Of a DNA stretch of 64,000 bases, positions 9,249 to 18,134 are shown in pieces (position 1 is the first letter of the stretch; every line of letters starts with the position of its first letter). This DNA comes from Promethearchaeia archaeon (GTDB lineage: Archaea > Asgardarchaeota > Lokiarchaeia > Sigyniarchaeales > SOKP01). A model generated the notes under the pieces. That model did not search any database. It was given only the letters and a program-made list of their open reading frames with translations, and was not told the origin of the DNA. The position numbers and the translations under genes were made by a program. The stretch is taken from the NCBI GenBank assembly GCA_046483985.1, contig JAWOCD010000031.1, forward strand, positions 44,571 through 108,570, in the 5' to 3' direction.

Positions 9249-10676
9249 TTAATGTTTCTTCTCGATATTCAATTTTTCTGCTCTCTCTGCAAGTATTTTC
9301 TTAATGTTTTTCCTATCACCGGGGAACCACCGTAGAGCAAATAGCCACAGTAATGTGCCCGGAACAATAAAAAAGATCAAAAAAGTGGAAACCAGCGGAT
9401 AATTGTTCTGAGTTAGTCCCAAAAGAATGCCACATATTATTGGTCCGATCCCCCTTCCCAAAGATTCTAAAAATTGATTCCATGAAACAATCTGTCCTTG
9501 CGCTTCAGGTAAGTTAATTTCTTGCAAGACCGGAGCTTGATTAACCACATATAGAGAAAAGATTGAGCGAGAGGTAAAAAATAACGCCCCCATAATCCAA
9601 ATTCTTCCGTTGCTCATCAGAAAGAGGACATTGCTCCCCTCTCCTGGAGTAAAATGGGGCCAAGGAAAATGAAAAAACAGAGAAAAGGTAATCAACCCTC
9701 CTGTAATCGAGAAAATTATAATCGGAATGCGACGTATAGGATGGTCTTTAGAAACTTTATCGGATAAATCTGCCAAAAATATGGTTCCCAAGAGCCCTCC
9801 AGATAATCCGAACACAACTAAAAAGACGGACGTGGAGAAGGGAGAAATATTAATAGGAGGTGACTGGACGTAGGGAAGAATTAGAAAATTAATGCTTCCC
9901 AACAAAATCATGGTTGATATTCCTTCAATTAATGCAACGACATTTGTTTTGCTTAACATCGTTTTTTTCATGATTTTTTTATCTATTTCAAAGTCATATT
10001 CTATAGAATATTGAACTAAATGGGCCAGTTCTTCTCTTTGAGCCCCTCGTTTTGGCTCGTCTATATGATTATAAAATATTACCCCCAATATGATAATAGC
10101 AATACCGATTCCCCAAAACAATTGACGCCAAAACCCATTTTCAACAAGATAAGAGGCAATTAAATACCCAGTCACGGTGGAAATGTTTCGAACTATCTCA
10201 TAATAGCCAAAAAATCTTGATCGCTTTCCTTTCGGAATCTCATCATCTGCGAGTGACATCACTGCGGGCCACATTCCTCCAGAAGCAGACCCAAAAATAA
10301 AAACAAAAATTAGAAAATAAAGCCACGTTTCAGCCCCTTGACCCGGATTCACGAATCCTAAAAGGATCATCGGAATGCCCCGAAATAGTGAGAGAATAAA
10401 AATGATCAAACGACGGGAGTATTTATCTACCAATCGTCCTATGAATAATCCTGAAAAAGATCCGCTCCAAAAAAGGGTAGTAATAAGGATGCCAAGCTCA
10501 AGGGCATGGTAGGGCTCATTCGGCCAAAAGAGTAATGATAACGGTACAACTAAGACAACAAAACTACCGAATCCTATACTCTCAAACCCGTTAAGTAAAT
10601 ACAGAGGCCAGAAGGTCTTATTTATTGTCTTTAAGGTGTTGGTATCGGTATTTTTTTCATTTTGAAAGGGTTTCAT
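9249..10676 (-). CDS. MFS transporter
   Basis: 'GRLVDKYSRR' motif A; ~12 TM segments. Confidence 0.85.
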   Translation of the reverse strand: MKPFQNEKNTDTNTLKTINKTFWPLYLLNGFESIGFGSFVVLVVPLSLLFWPNEPYHALELGILITTLFWSGSFSGLFIGRLVDKYSRRLIIFILSLFRGIPMILLGFVNPGQGAETWLYFLIFVFIFGSASGGMWPAVMSLADDEIPKGKRSRFFGYYEIVRNISTVTGYLIASYLVENGFWRQLFWGIGIAIIILGVIFYNHIDEPKRGAQREELAHLVQYSIEYDFEIDKKIMKKTMLSKTNVVALIEGISTMILLGSINFLILPYVQSPPINISPFSTSVFLVVFGLSGGLLGTIFLADLSDKVSKDHPIRRIPIIIFSITGGLITFSLFFHFPWPHFTPGEGSNVLFLMSNGRIWIMGALFFTSRSIFSLYVVNQAPVLQEINLPEAQGQIVSWNQFLESLGRGIGPIICGILLGLTQNNYPLVSTFLIFFIVPGTLLWLFALRWFPGDRKNIKKILAERAEKLNIEKKH

Positions 10677-10750
10677 ATTAAAATTTCAGACGAGTAATTA
10701 TGAAATTAACTTCAAATCTAATAATTGTAACTTTAATTTAAAATTGCCCG
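10658..10750 (+). repeat. Direct repeat copy 1 (copy 2 at 18041..18134)
   Basis: The 54-bp core attatgaaattaacttcaaatctaataattgtaactttaatttaaaattgcccg (10697..10750) matches 18081..18134 with 2 mismatches; weaker similarity extends ~40 bp upstream. Confidence 0.9.
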
Positions 10751-11023
10751 TACGTCAAAAATTATTATTTATGAAAAGTTCGAAGGTCAAATTCCTTTTC
10801 CAAATGTCTCAGCAAATAAAAATAAATTTAGGGAGAGCTCCCGTTGATGTCTCAAAAGAAAAACATACTACTAAGTTTGAGGAGATTGAAAACGCTTTCA
10901 GCCGGTTAGAACATCTCAGGTTTATTGAAAAGAAAAACGGGAAATATAACTTTATCGGGACTGGTAAAAATAAATCGTATACAATCGATAATTATATAAA
11001 CATCTTTTTGTATATATTATATA

Positions 11024-11530
11024 ATGCGATGGATTTTGGGTGCGTGCACCTTGATTTATCTTGTCAAAACCGAATTACTTGAGAATTTTGTTAATTTAAT
11101 TGATTATCCTCTCATTATTGATTCAAGTGTGCATGAAGAAGTGGTTCTTAACGGAAAACGGCAGAATTATAAGGATGCTTTCGAAGCGGAAAAGTTGTTA
11201 AAGCAATTTCGAATTCCCGTGATTCCAATTGATGTTTCTAAGCACTTGGTTTTATTTCGAGATGCTGGAGAAACAAGTTGCTATATCTTGGCTAAAGAAG
11301 AAGGAATTTGTCTTACATCTGATGAAAGGGCATACAAAAAGTTTCTTAAACACGGAAAAAAGGTTATCCGATTGGATACTTTTTATTTCAGAAAATGTGT
11401 TGAGGGAAGATTAACTAGAAAAGAATTTATGACCATATTGAACCGATTAAAATCCGCGAATGCGACAAAACCTAAATCTATCTTATTCTTTATGGAAAAA
11501 TTAGAAAAGCAAGGGGAGGTTAATAAATAA
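11024..11530 (+). CDS. PIN-domain (DUF3368/VapC-like) toxin, first catalytic Asp replaced by Gly
   Basis: 'WILGACTLIYL', 'SVHEEVV', 'DAGETSCYILAKE', 'LTSDERA'; paired with the downstream antitoxin. Confidence 0.7.
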   Translation: MRWILGACTLIYLVKTELLENFVNLIDYPLIIDSSVHEEVVLNGKRQNYKDAFEAEKLLKQFRIPVIPIDVSKHLVLFRDAGETSCYILAKEEGICLTSDERAYKKFLKHGKKVIRLDTFYFRKCVEGRLTRKEFMTILNRLKSANATKPKSILFFMEKLEKQGEVNK

Positions 11531-11534
11531 AAAA

Positions 11535-11870
11535 ATGACCGATGTAATATCGACTCGCCTAGATGAAAAGGATGTTGAAGAATTAAACAAAATATGTGAA
11601 AAAGAACATTTGGATCGTTCGGCACTTATACGTAAATTCCTTTTGAATCAAATAAAAGAATATCATATGAAAGAAGCTGGTGAGAAATACAGAAAAGGAT
11701 TGGTCAGCTTAGCTGAAGCTGCTACACTGGCAAAAGTATCGATTTATGAGATGATGGAATATATTGATCGGGAGCGACTTGAATCTCCTTCATTCTCAAA
11801 AGAGGAAATGGAAGCAGAGTTAAAAAACTCCGAAAATTTATTTGCGAAAATGGAAAAGAAAAATGATTAA
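11535..11870 (+). CDS. Antitoxin: RHH + UPF0175 HTH
   Basis: 'VISTRLDEK...LDRSALIRKFL' RHH; 'YRKGLVSLAEAATLAKVSIYEMMEY' UPF0175 signature. Confidence 0.8.
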   Translation: MTDVISTRLDEKDVEELNKICEKEHLDRSALIRKFLLNQIKEYHMKEAGEKYRKGLVSLAEAATLAKVSIYEMMEYIDRERLESPSFSKEEMEAELKNSENLFAKMEKKND

Positions 11871-11879
11871 ATCAAAGCC

Positions 11880-12281
11880 TTGTTTAACGGTGCCGGAAGG
11901 ATTGTATGGGGGAAATTTGCTGATGTGTTAGATTTTAGAAGAGCAATGATTACCATGTTTGGGATACAAGCGTTGCTGTTTTTTATCTATTATACGTCGA
12001 ATGTGAACAATACCTTCTTTCTGGTAATGACTTGTCTTATCTTCTTTTGTTATGGGGGGAATTTAAGTTTATTTCCCACGGCTACGAGTGATTTATACGG
12101 AAAAGAACATTTCAGTTCTAATTATAGTGTAATATTCTGGGGAAATGGTATTGCGGGATTTGTCTCCGCAGTTGCCACCAATCTGATTGTTTCAATATTT
12201 GGGAGTTATCTTTTATTATTCACCACCCAAAAAACCGTCAAAGGGAGAAATTTAATGCCTTTTGAAGGTCTTATTGATTAA
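11880..12281 (+). pseudogene. C-terminal fragment of an OFA-family MFS transporter
   Basis: 'FNGAGRIVWGKFAD', 'YGGNLSLFPTATSDLYGKEHFSSNYS'; only the last ~4 TMs are present. Confidence 0.75.
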
Positions 12282-12292
12282 ATTTAAGGAGT

Positions 12293-12688
12293 TTATAGTT
12301 CCAGAAAATGTTGTAGCAGATCCATATAGTTTCTAAATTTTTCTTTTCTCATAGCATAATGAGTAAATCTTCCTTTTCTTATTCCCTCTATTACCCCAAT
12401 TTTTTCCAAAACCCGGAGATGGTGGGAGATGGTTGATTGAGATTTATTTAATGCTGCTTCTAATTCACAGACACAGCACTCTTTTTCTTTAATGATCCCT
12501 AAAATCTTTAAACGCTCTTCATTGCCTAAAGCATTGCACATTTTTAGAATTTTTTGAAAATTTTGTTGCTTGGTAATTGAGTTCCCTCGATTCTGGAGTG
12601 TTTGGCAATATTCATCAAGATCTACATCTCCTAACCCCTCGCATCCTTTAAGTGAGTCTATAATTTCTCTTCTTCTTTCTTTTTTCAT
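12293..12688 (-). CDS. arsR: ArsR/SmtB family transcriptional regulator
   Basis: 'ALGNEERLKIL...ECCVCELEAALNKSQSTISHHLRVL...RKGRFTHY'. Confidence 0.88.
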   Translation of the reverse strand: MKKERRREIIDSLKGCEGLGDVDLDEYCQTLQNRGNSITKQQNFQKILKMCNALGNEERLKILGIIKEKECCVCELEAALNKSQSTISHHLRVLEKIGVIEGIRKGRFTHYAMRKEKFRNYMDLLQHFLEL

Positions 12689-12756
12689 GTGAGAATCAAT
12701 TAAAAATTTTTATTTCAAATATTAAATATCAATTTTCCTTTTAAAATTCATCCTTA

Positions 12757-12770
12757 TCGATTTAAATCGA
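12757..12770. promoter_or_regulatory. Perfect 14-bp palindrome, candidate ArsR operator
   Basis: tcgatttaaatcga lies between the divergent arsR and acr3 remnant. Confidence 0.4.
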
Positions 12771-12794
12771 AATGGTTAAATCTATAAATTTAGA

Positions 12795-12920
12795 TTAGTG
12801 TTGGTTGGCTTGGGAGTATTTGGTCCAAGTGCTGTATTGGCTACGGTTGTAGAGGTATTAATAGAAGTACCGATCCTGCTAGCGTTGGTCATAATTATGA
12901 AACGTTTAAAAGGAAATTGA
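12795..12920 (+). pseudogene. acr3: C-terminal remnant of an Acr3 arsenite exporter (not in ORF track)
   Basis: Translates to LVLVGLGVFGPSAVLATVVEVLIEVPILLALVIIMKRLKGN*, matching the Acr3 terminal motif (AALATVVG.L.EVP.ML.LV); divergent from arsR. Confidence 0.75.
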
Positions 12921-13011
12921 GAATCTTCGGAAGAAGAAAAATAAGAAAACATTATATTTGAGGGTTGTTTTTTTAATAATTTTTTTAATTCTCCCCATAA
13001 TTTAGTTATAA

Positions 13012-13100
13012 TTGAAGTCTCCCCGCCCTAAAGGACGGGGATTCCTACGAGTCCACTAAGCGTTAGCTGGTGGGCATATCTTAGGGCTGTGTTTCGTAGA
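13012..13100 (-). mobile_element. IS200/IS605(IS607)-type right end with terminal hairpin
   Basis: Minus strand reads GAATCCCCGTCCTTTAGGGCGGGGAGACTTCAA, a GC-rich subterminal hairpin ending in TCAA. Confidence 0.65.
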
Positions 13101-13450
13101 AAATTTAAGTATAATTTTTTATGAAAGTCAAATGCTATCTTTAATTTCTTTGGAATTAACTCTCTCTCCAATAACAAGGGCAATATTTCTTCTGAAATGT
13201 CCAAAAGCGTTTGATTTGTCTCTTCCATTGGAAATGCTTTCGCGTAATCCCTCATTTGAGAAGTATGGGGTAAAATACGTCCCGTGTCCATTGACGTGGA
13301 AGAATTATTTTTCAACAAGGTTTCTAATTTATGATTCAATATTTGAGTTCCCGTTCTCTGACTATTCCCCACTAAAGCGTTAAACAAAGTAACGATAGAA
13401 AACTCCTAGCTCGAGTGCCCATCATATCGTTTCCTTACCGGCTTGCAAAA
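13100..13450 (-). pseudogene. Truncated DDE transposase fragment (ISH3/IS4-like)
   Basis: 'LIPKKLKIAFDFHKKLY' resembles the first catalytic Asp motif of ISH3-type transposases; in-frame stop upstream, truncated right after the motif. Confidence 0.55.
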
Positions 13451-13630
13451 CGACTTAATAATATAGACCAAAAACCTTTTATTAAACCTCGCACCTATAT
13501 TTAATTGGGAAAAAGAAGAACGTGGATTTTTCCATAAATAGTTATTTTTACTCGTCATAAAGATAACTATCTTCTTTTTCCTATTTTAATTTAGCGCAAC
13601 AAAATTATATAATAAAAGTGAAGATAAAAT

Positions 13631-14029
13631 ATGACAGAAAAAACTGCAGAAAACGCCAAAGAAGAATTTACCCCAGGAACTATGGGATTTATTCTTGGAT
13701 TAATTTTCGGAGGAGGATTTGGATTTATAGCTACCTTACTATCCGGTTTAGATATCATTACTGGATTATTAATGGGTATTGGGGGTGGAATTATAATCGG
13801 TTCGATTATTGGTCTTGCTTTAGAAAGAAGATGGGTTGGTACAAATGATAAACTAATAATTCCATTTGGATTAGGCTGGGGAACGGTAGTGGGTATTCTT
13901 TTAGGAGTAGTTACCTCTTGGATACATAATCTTGCCTACCTCAGTGGATTTTCAGTGGGATCCATAACCGGTTTAGTCGCTGGAACTTTTTTAGGTACTT
14001 TACTCTATCTTTCCTCCAAAAAAGACTAA
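13631..14029 (+). CDS. Gly-rich (glycine-zipper) membrane protein
   Basis: 132 aa, four hydrophobic helices with GxxxG repeats. Confidence 0.7.
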   Translation: MTEKTAENAKEEFTPGTMGFILGLIFGGGFGFIATLLSGLDIITGLLMGIGGGIIIGSIIGLALERRWVGTNDKLIIPFGLGWGTVVGILLGVVTSWIHNLAYLSGFSVGSITGLVAGTFLGTLLYLSSKKD

Positions 14030-14411
14030 AACGTGATCTTGATTTTTCAAAAGATATTCTCCGATATTGTATTGTTGGAAGTTGAGCAATCTCAGGCCAG
14101 AAAAGGGGGGAATTGTTAAATTATTTATAGATTCAAAATTGAACTACTAACCTCTAATCTATCTTTTAACATTCGCTTATAGAGAAGGGTTATGGCAATT
14201 TTTGGGATTATCGTCATCGGTTGCAACTTAGCCGTCCAGTGTATATAATAGAGCAAAATTCCAGAAGGAAATCAAAAAACAACCTCAAGAATAGTAGATC
14301 AAAAATATTTTATATCTATAATCGGAGATATTGTGTATGTTAAGAAAGAAAGTTGTGAAACAACTGAAGTCCTTTCAAAATGCAAGTATTGGACCTTAAG
14401 GGTGTGAATCT

Positions 14412-15671
14412 TTGAAGATATTACTTGTAAATCCGAACAGATTCAAAATCCCTCCCGTGATTCCCATAGGATTGGAATATCTGAGTTCAGCCGTGGAGAA
14501 GAGAGGATACGATGTTGATCTTCTCGATCTTTGTTTTTCGGATGCGCCAGAAAATACATTGAAGGGCATATTAAGGAGAAATAATTATGATATGATCGGT
14601 TTTAGCATCCGTAACATCGATTCGGCTGTGTATTTTAACCACCAGTTCTTTTTAAAGAACATAAGAAAGCTTGTCCAGATCGCCAAAAAGACTGGCATCC
14701 AGGTCATATTAGGGGGTTCTGGATTTTCTGCAATGCCCAATAAAATATTTAAATATATGGGAGCCGATTACGGAATTATCGGACCCGCCGAAAAAGCAAT
14801 GGTGCATTTCTTGGAAAAATGGGAAAAAGAGGGAATAGATGAACCGATCCTTGATGGAACACAGTACGGAATCGATAAGAACGCAACATATATGCGGGCA
14901 AGAAAAATCGATTATGAACCCTACCTCGAAAAAGAAGGAATTGTAGGATTTGGAACCCACATAGGGTGTGCCCACCAATGTCCGTATTGCGTAGAGGGAG
15001 GAACCCGAGAGTGGTTCAGAGAGATTTCAAGTGTAATTCAAGAGATTAAATATTTGGTTAACCAAGGATATAAACATTTCCATCTATGCGATAGCGAGTT
15101 TAATGCCGACTTAAATTATGCCATCAATTTCTGTAACGCATTAGCGAAGGAAAATATGAATATAACATGGACATTATACATGAAACCGTATCCGTATACA
15201 GAGCAACTCTTCCGAGCATTGAGAGATTCAGGAGCTAATTTAATAACTCTTTCTGTTGACAGCGATAACCGTATTCAAAAACAAAATCGCTATACCCTGG
15301 ACGATGTGAAAATGATTTTGGATTATGGAAACAAATACGGAATTGATATTGCAATTGACCTTCTTACGGGTTACCCTGGTGAACCTGTGAATTCCACAAA
15401 AAAGATCATCAAATTTTTTAAAAACAATCGACCGAAAACAGTAGGAGTCAGTTTTATCTACAGGATTTATGAAAACACTCCGCTAGGCGATCTCATACAG
15501 AACAGCCCTTCGCTTAAACACGGAATAATTAAATCATATTCAGGAGATCTAAATTTGTTAAAGCCAACCTTTTATGTACAGCTTAAACGAGAGTTTTTAG
15601 AAAATCTCTTCAAAGATGATGACTTATTTCAACTTGCCGGCTTAAAAGAAGGGGTCAATTATCAATTTTGA
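14412..15671 (+). CDS. Cobalamin-binding radical SAM protein
   Basis: N-terminal B12 domain 'PIGLEYL...IGFSIRNID...ILGGSGFS'; CxxxCxxC 'GCAHQCPYC'; 'LCDSEFN'. Confidence 0.88.
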   Translation: MKILLVNPNRFKIPPVIPIGLEYLSSAVEKRGYDVDLLDLCFSDAPENTLKGILRRNNYDMIGFSIRNIDSAVYFNHQFFLKNIRKLVQIAKKTGIQVILGGSGFSAMPNKIFKYMGADYGIIGPAEKAMVHFLEKWEKEGIDEPILDGTQYGIDKNATYMRARKIDYEPYLEKEGIVGFGTHIGCAHQCPYCVEGGTREWFREISSVIQEIKYLVNQGYKHFHLCDSEFNADLNYAINFCNALAKENMNITWTLYMKPYPYTEQLFRALRDSGANLITLSVDSDNRIQKQNRYTLDDVKMILDYGNKYGIDIAIDLLTGYPGEPVNSTKKIIKFFKNNRPKTVGVSFIYRIYENTPLGDLIQNSPSLKHGIIKSYSGDLNLLKPTFYVQLKREFLENLFKDDDLFQLAGLKEGVNYQF

Positions 15672-15983
15672 ACAAATCAGAAAAACTATTTTTTCGTATA
15701 AAATAGGAGTTTCCCGATAAAATAAAATTATTTTTAATTTCTTAAAATACGAAATTACTTGTCTACAGTACAAAAGAAGCGAGTACAGCACGGAGTATCG
15801 GCACTGTTAAGGAAGCAGAGTTTCTCGAAAATGATCTTATCATCCCTATAGCGGGAAAATAGTGACTAATTCCCTACAAAAATCCTCCGTTTGAAAGTAT
15901 ATAAAGAAAGCCGTACTAAAATTTAGTTAAATATTTATTAGAAAAATACAGTTCTATTTTCTATAACAAGAAAGGGAAGTTAT

Positions 15984-17909
15984 ATGTTATTCGAAAGTGT
16001 CATTATGGTTAGAACGGGTCGTTTTGGTGCAGATTTTGGGCATAAACTCATTATGAGCCTTATAGGATTAGGGATTTGTATTTATGATTGGAAAGTGAAT
16101 GATCGAAAGGATTATTTCTGGGTTTTCCTAGTGGGGACACTGATATGGACACTCGCCGAAGTATGGCTTCAAGTTGTTGGAACGAGAATATTACAAGATC
16201 CAGATCTCTTTGGTCTTGATGTGACGGATGCATTATGGTTGACAGCCCCTCTACAAGGAATGTCTGAAGCAGGATTTGTTGCGGCAATTGGTATGGTATT
16301 CGGAGATCGATTATTAAATAAGGAAACACGAAAAAACGGGATAATATCTTTTGTTATCGTCCTTCTATTCCTTATGCTCAGTTACATTGAATATGGAATA
16401 GCTTTTCAAGATGTACCCGTAGGAAATCCCTCAATCCCGTCCAGAAGAGATATGTTTCCTTTCAGTGCGAATCTTTTTGTTCTTTTGTTGAGTTCTATTG
16501 CAATAAGTTGGTTAATTACAATGAATTCCAAAGGTCGAAAGCGCGGACTTTCAATGTATTTAATTATGGTCTCTTTTATCGCTTGGTGGACCTTATTAGA
16601 ATTTCTAACCGGACAGAGATTTATTGAAATAGGAACCTTGAATCCGGATGGAACATTCTCCAATTTACGTCGCGCACCCCCATTAATTGAATTTGCGGCA
16701 AACGCTTATTGTGTGCTCGTTGAAGTTTCTCTTATTTATGTTCCCTTTTTGGGCATTCCTTACTGGCTGGGACTAATCAAACCCGAGGTCCAAGATCAAT
16801 CAGAAAAGAACTATGAAAAGATGAGGGAACTGTTGAGTTCCAAGATTTCTGCCCCCCTTCCAGAGAATAAAACTTCCAAGAAGCTCATTACCAACCTCTT
16901 CCCCGACGAAGAAGGATTTCTCATCGCAAACGGCATTAGGCACTCATTCTTTCCTACGAGCTTGTTGGGGATACGTATGAGAACGGGATTTTCGAGAAGA
17001 AAAATAAAGAATATGATCGAAGATATGGCCGAAAAGGGTAAGATCCTCAAGTTTGGACCCTTCGTCATCTTGCCGGGTTATTTGCCCGGGTTATTCGAGG
17101 TATATTTTACCTCTTCTCGGGACGACCCAGAGCACATGAAAAAGGCTGCCGAAGCACATTATAAATTGTTGAGTTCCGGATTTCACGCGGAACACATGGC
17201 AAATTTCCCCATTTATCGCGTCCTCCCGGCGGCCAAACCCGTGGAGAAACAAATCGAGGTCAACCAATCCTTGGAAGTTAAACAAGACATCTTTCCTCAT
17301 GAGATCGTCAAAGAATATTTCAAGGCGTTTGATGTGTTCGGAGTGCAACCATGCAGCTGTCGAACCGCCGCCAAGTTGGCGGGGAATCCTTGCCAAAGAA
17401 CGGATGAAAATTATTGCATTTCTGCCGGAGCATTAGCAAAAAATCTCATTAAGAAGGGGGTCGCAAGGAAAGTAAGTTATGAGGAATTGATGGAAGTGTT
17501 AAAAAGGGCAGAAAGGGAAGGGCTCATACACGGCACGTCCAACATGAAGAAGAGTTCGATGTTCGTATGTAATTGCTGTCCTTGCTGCTGCGGCGTGTTT
17601 AAGCAAGTAAAAAAATATAGAGACGAGCTAAATCATGAGGAATTCCAAAAACTGCTGCCAGAAAGGAGCTTTGAGCCTGAAATAGATAAAAAATGCGAAA
17701 AATGCGAATTATGCGCAGACAAATGCCCTATGGAGGTAATCTCATATTTGGAACAAGAGGATCGAATGCACATCGAGTTGGAATACTGTATTGGATGTGG
17801 TGTATGCGCAGCAAACTGCCCTAACGATGCGATTACCCTCAAGAAGGTAAAGAACGTCGAGTATCCCAAGGGATTGCTCGGTCTTGGGCGAAATCTCATG
17901 AAAAACTAA
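15984..17909 (+). CDS. Multi-TM membrane domain fused to a 4Fe-4S (ferredoxin-type) protein
   Basis: N-terminal ~265 aa with 7-8 TMs; C-terminal 'CSCR', 'CNCCPCCC', 'CEKCELCADKCP', 'CIGCGVCAANCP'. Confidence 0.75.
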   Translation: MLFESVIMVRTGRFGADFGHKLIMSLIGLGICIYDWKVNDRKDYFWVFLVGTLIWTLAEVWLQVVGTRILQDPDLFGLDVTDALWLTAPLQGMSEAGFVAAIGMVFGDRLLNKETRKNGIISFVIVLLFLMLSYIEYGIAFQDVPVGNPSIPSRRDMFPFSANLFVLLLSSIAISWLITMNSKGRKRGLSMYLIMVSFIAWWTLLEFLTGQRFIEIGTLNPDGTFSNLRRAPPLIEFAANAYCVLVEVSLIYVPFLGIPYWLGLIKPEVQDQSEKNYEKMRELLSSKISAPLPENKTSKKLITNLFPDEEGFLIANGIRHSFFPTSLLGIRMRTGFSRRKIKNMIEDMAEKGKILKFGPFVILPGYLPGLFEVYFTSSRDDPEHMKKAAEAHYKLLSSGFHAEHMANFPIYRVLPAAKPVEKQIEVNQSLEVKQDIFPHEIVKEYFKAFDVFGVQPCSCRTAAKLAGNPCQRTDENYCISAGALAKNLIKKGVARKVSYEELMEVLKRAEREGLIHGTSNMKKSSMFVCNCCPCCCGVFKQVKKYRDELNHEEFQKLLPERSFEPEIDKKCEKCELCADKCPMEVISYLEQEDRMHIELEYCIGCGVCAANCPNDAITLKKVKNVEYPKGLLGLGRNLMKN

Positions 17910-18040
17910 TCTCCTTTTTTTTTATGGTCCTTGGAACACCTTATAAAAGAACAAATTATAACTACTACGGACTATACCAAAACAGAAAATTTCTTTAAAA
18001 TTAAATTAAAGTGAGAAGAACGAAAGGAAGTCCAGTGATT

Positions 18041-18134
18041 CATTTTGAAATGGGGGTCATATTTATATTTCAGAAAAGGTATTATGAAATTAACTTCAAA
18101 TCTAATAATTGTAATTTCAATTTAAAATTGCCCG
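18041..18134 (+). repeat. Direct repeat copy 2; covers the upstream region and TTG start of the LRR gene
   Basis: See copy 1 at 10658..10750. Confidence 0.9.

Noticed and set aside
10744-11082. 112-aa ORF as a real gene
   Set aside because: It starts from the duplicated LRR start codon and overlaps the PIN gene; more likely a junction chimera with a short wHTH-like scrap.
18011-18127. ORF-track N-terminal extension of the LRR protein
   Set aside because: It overlaps the duplicated promoter-like repeat; the recognisable domain starts at TTG 18128.
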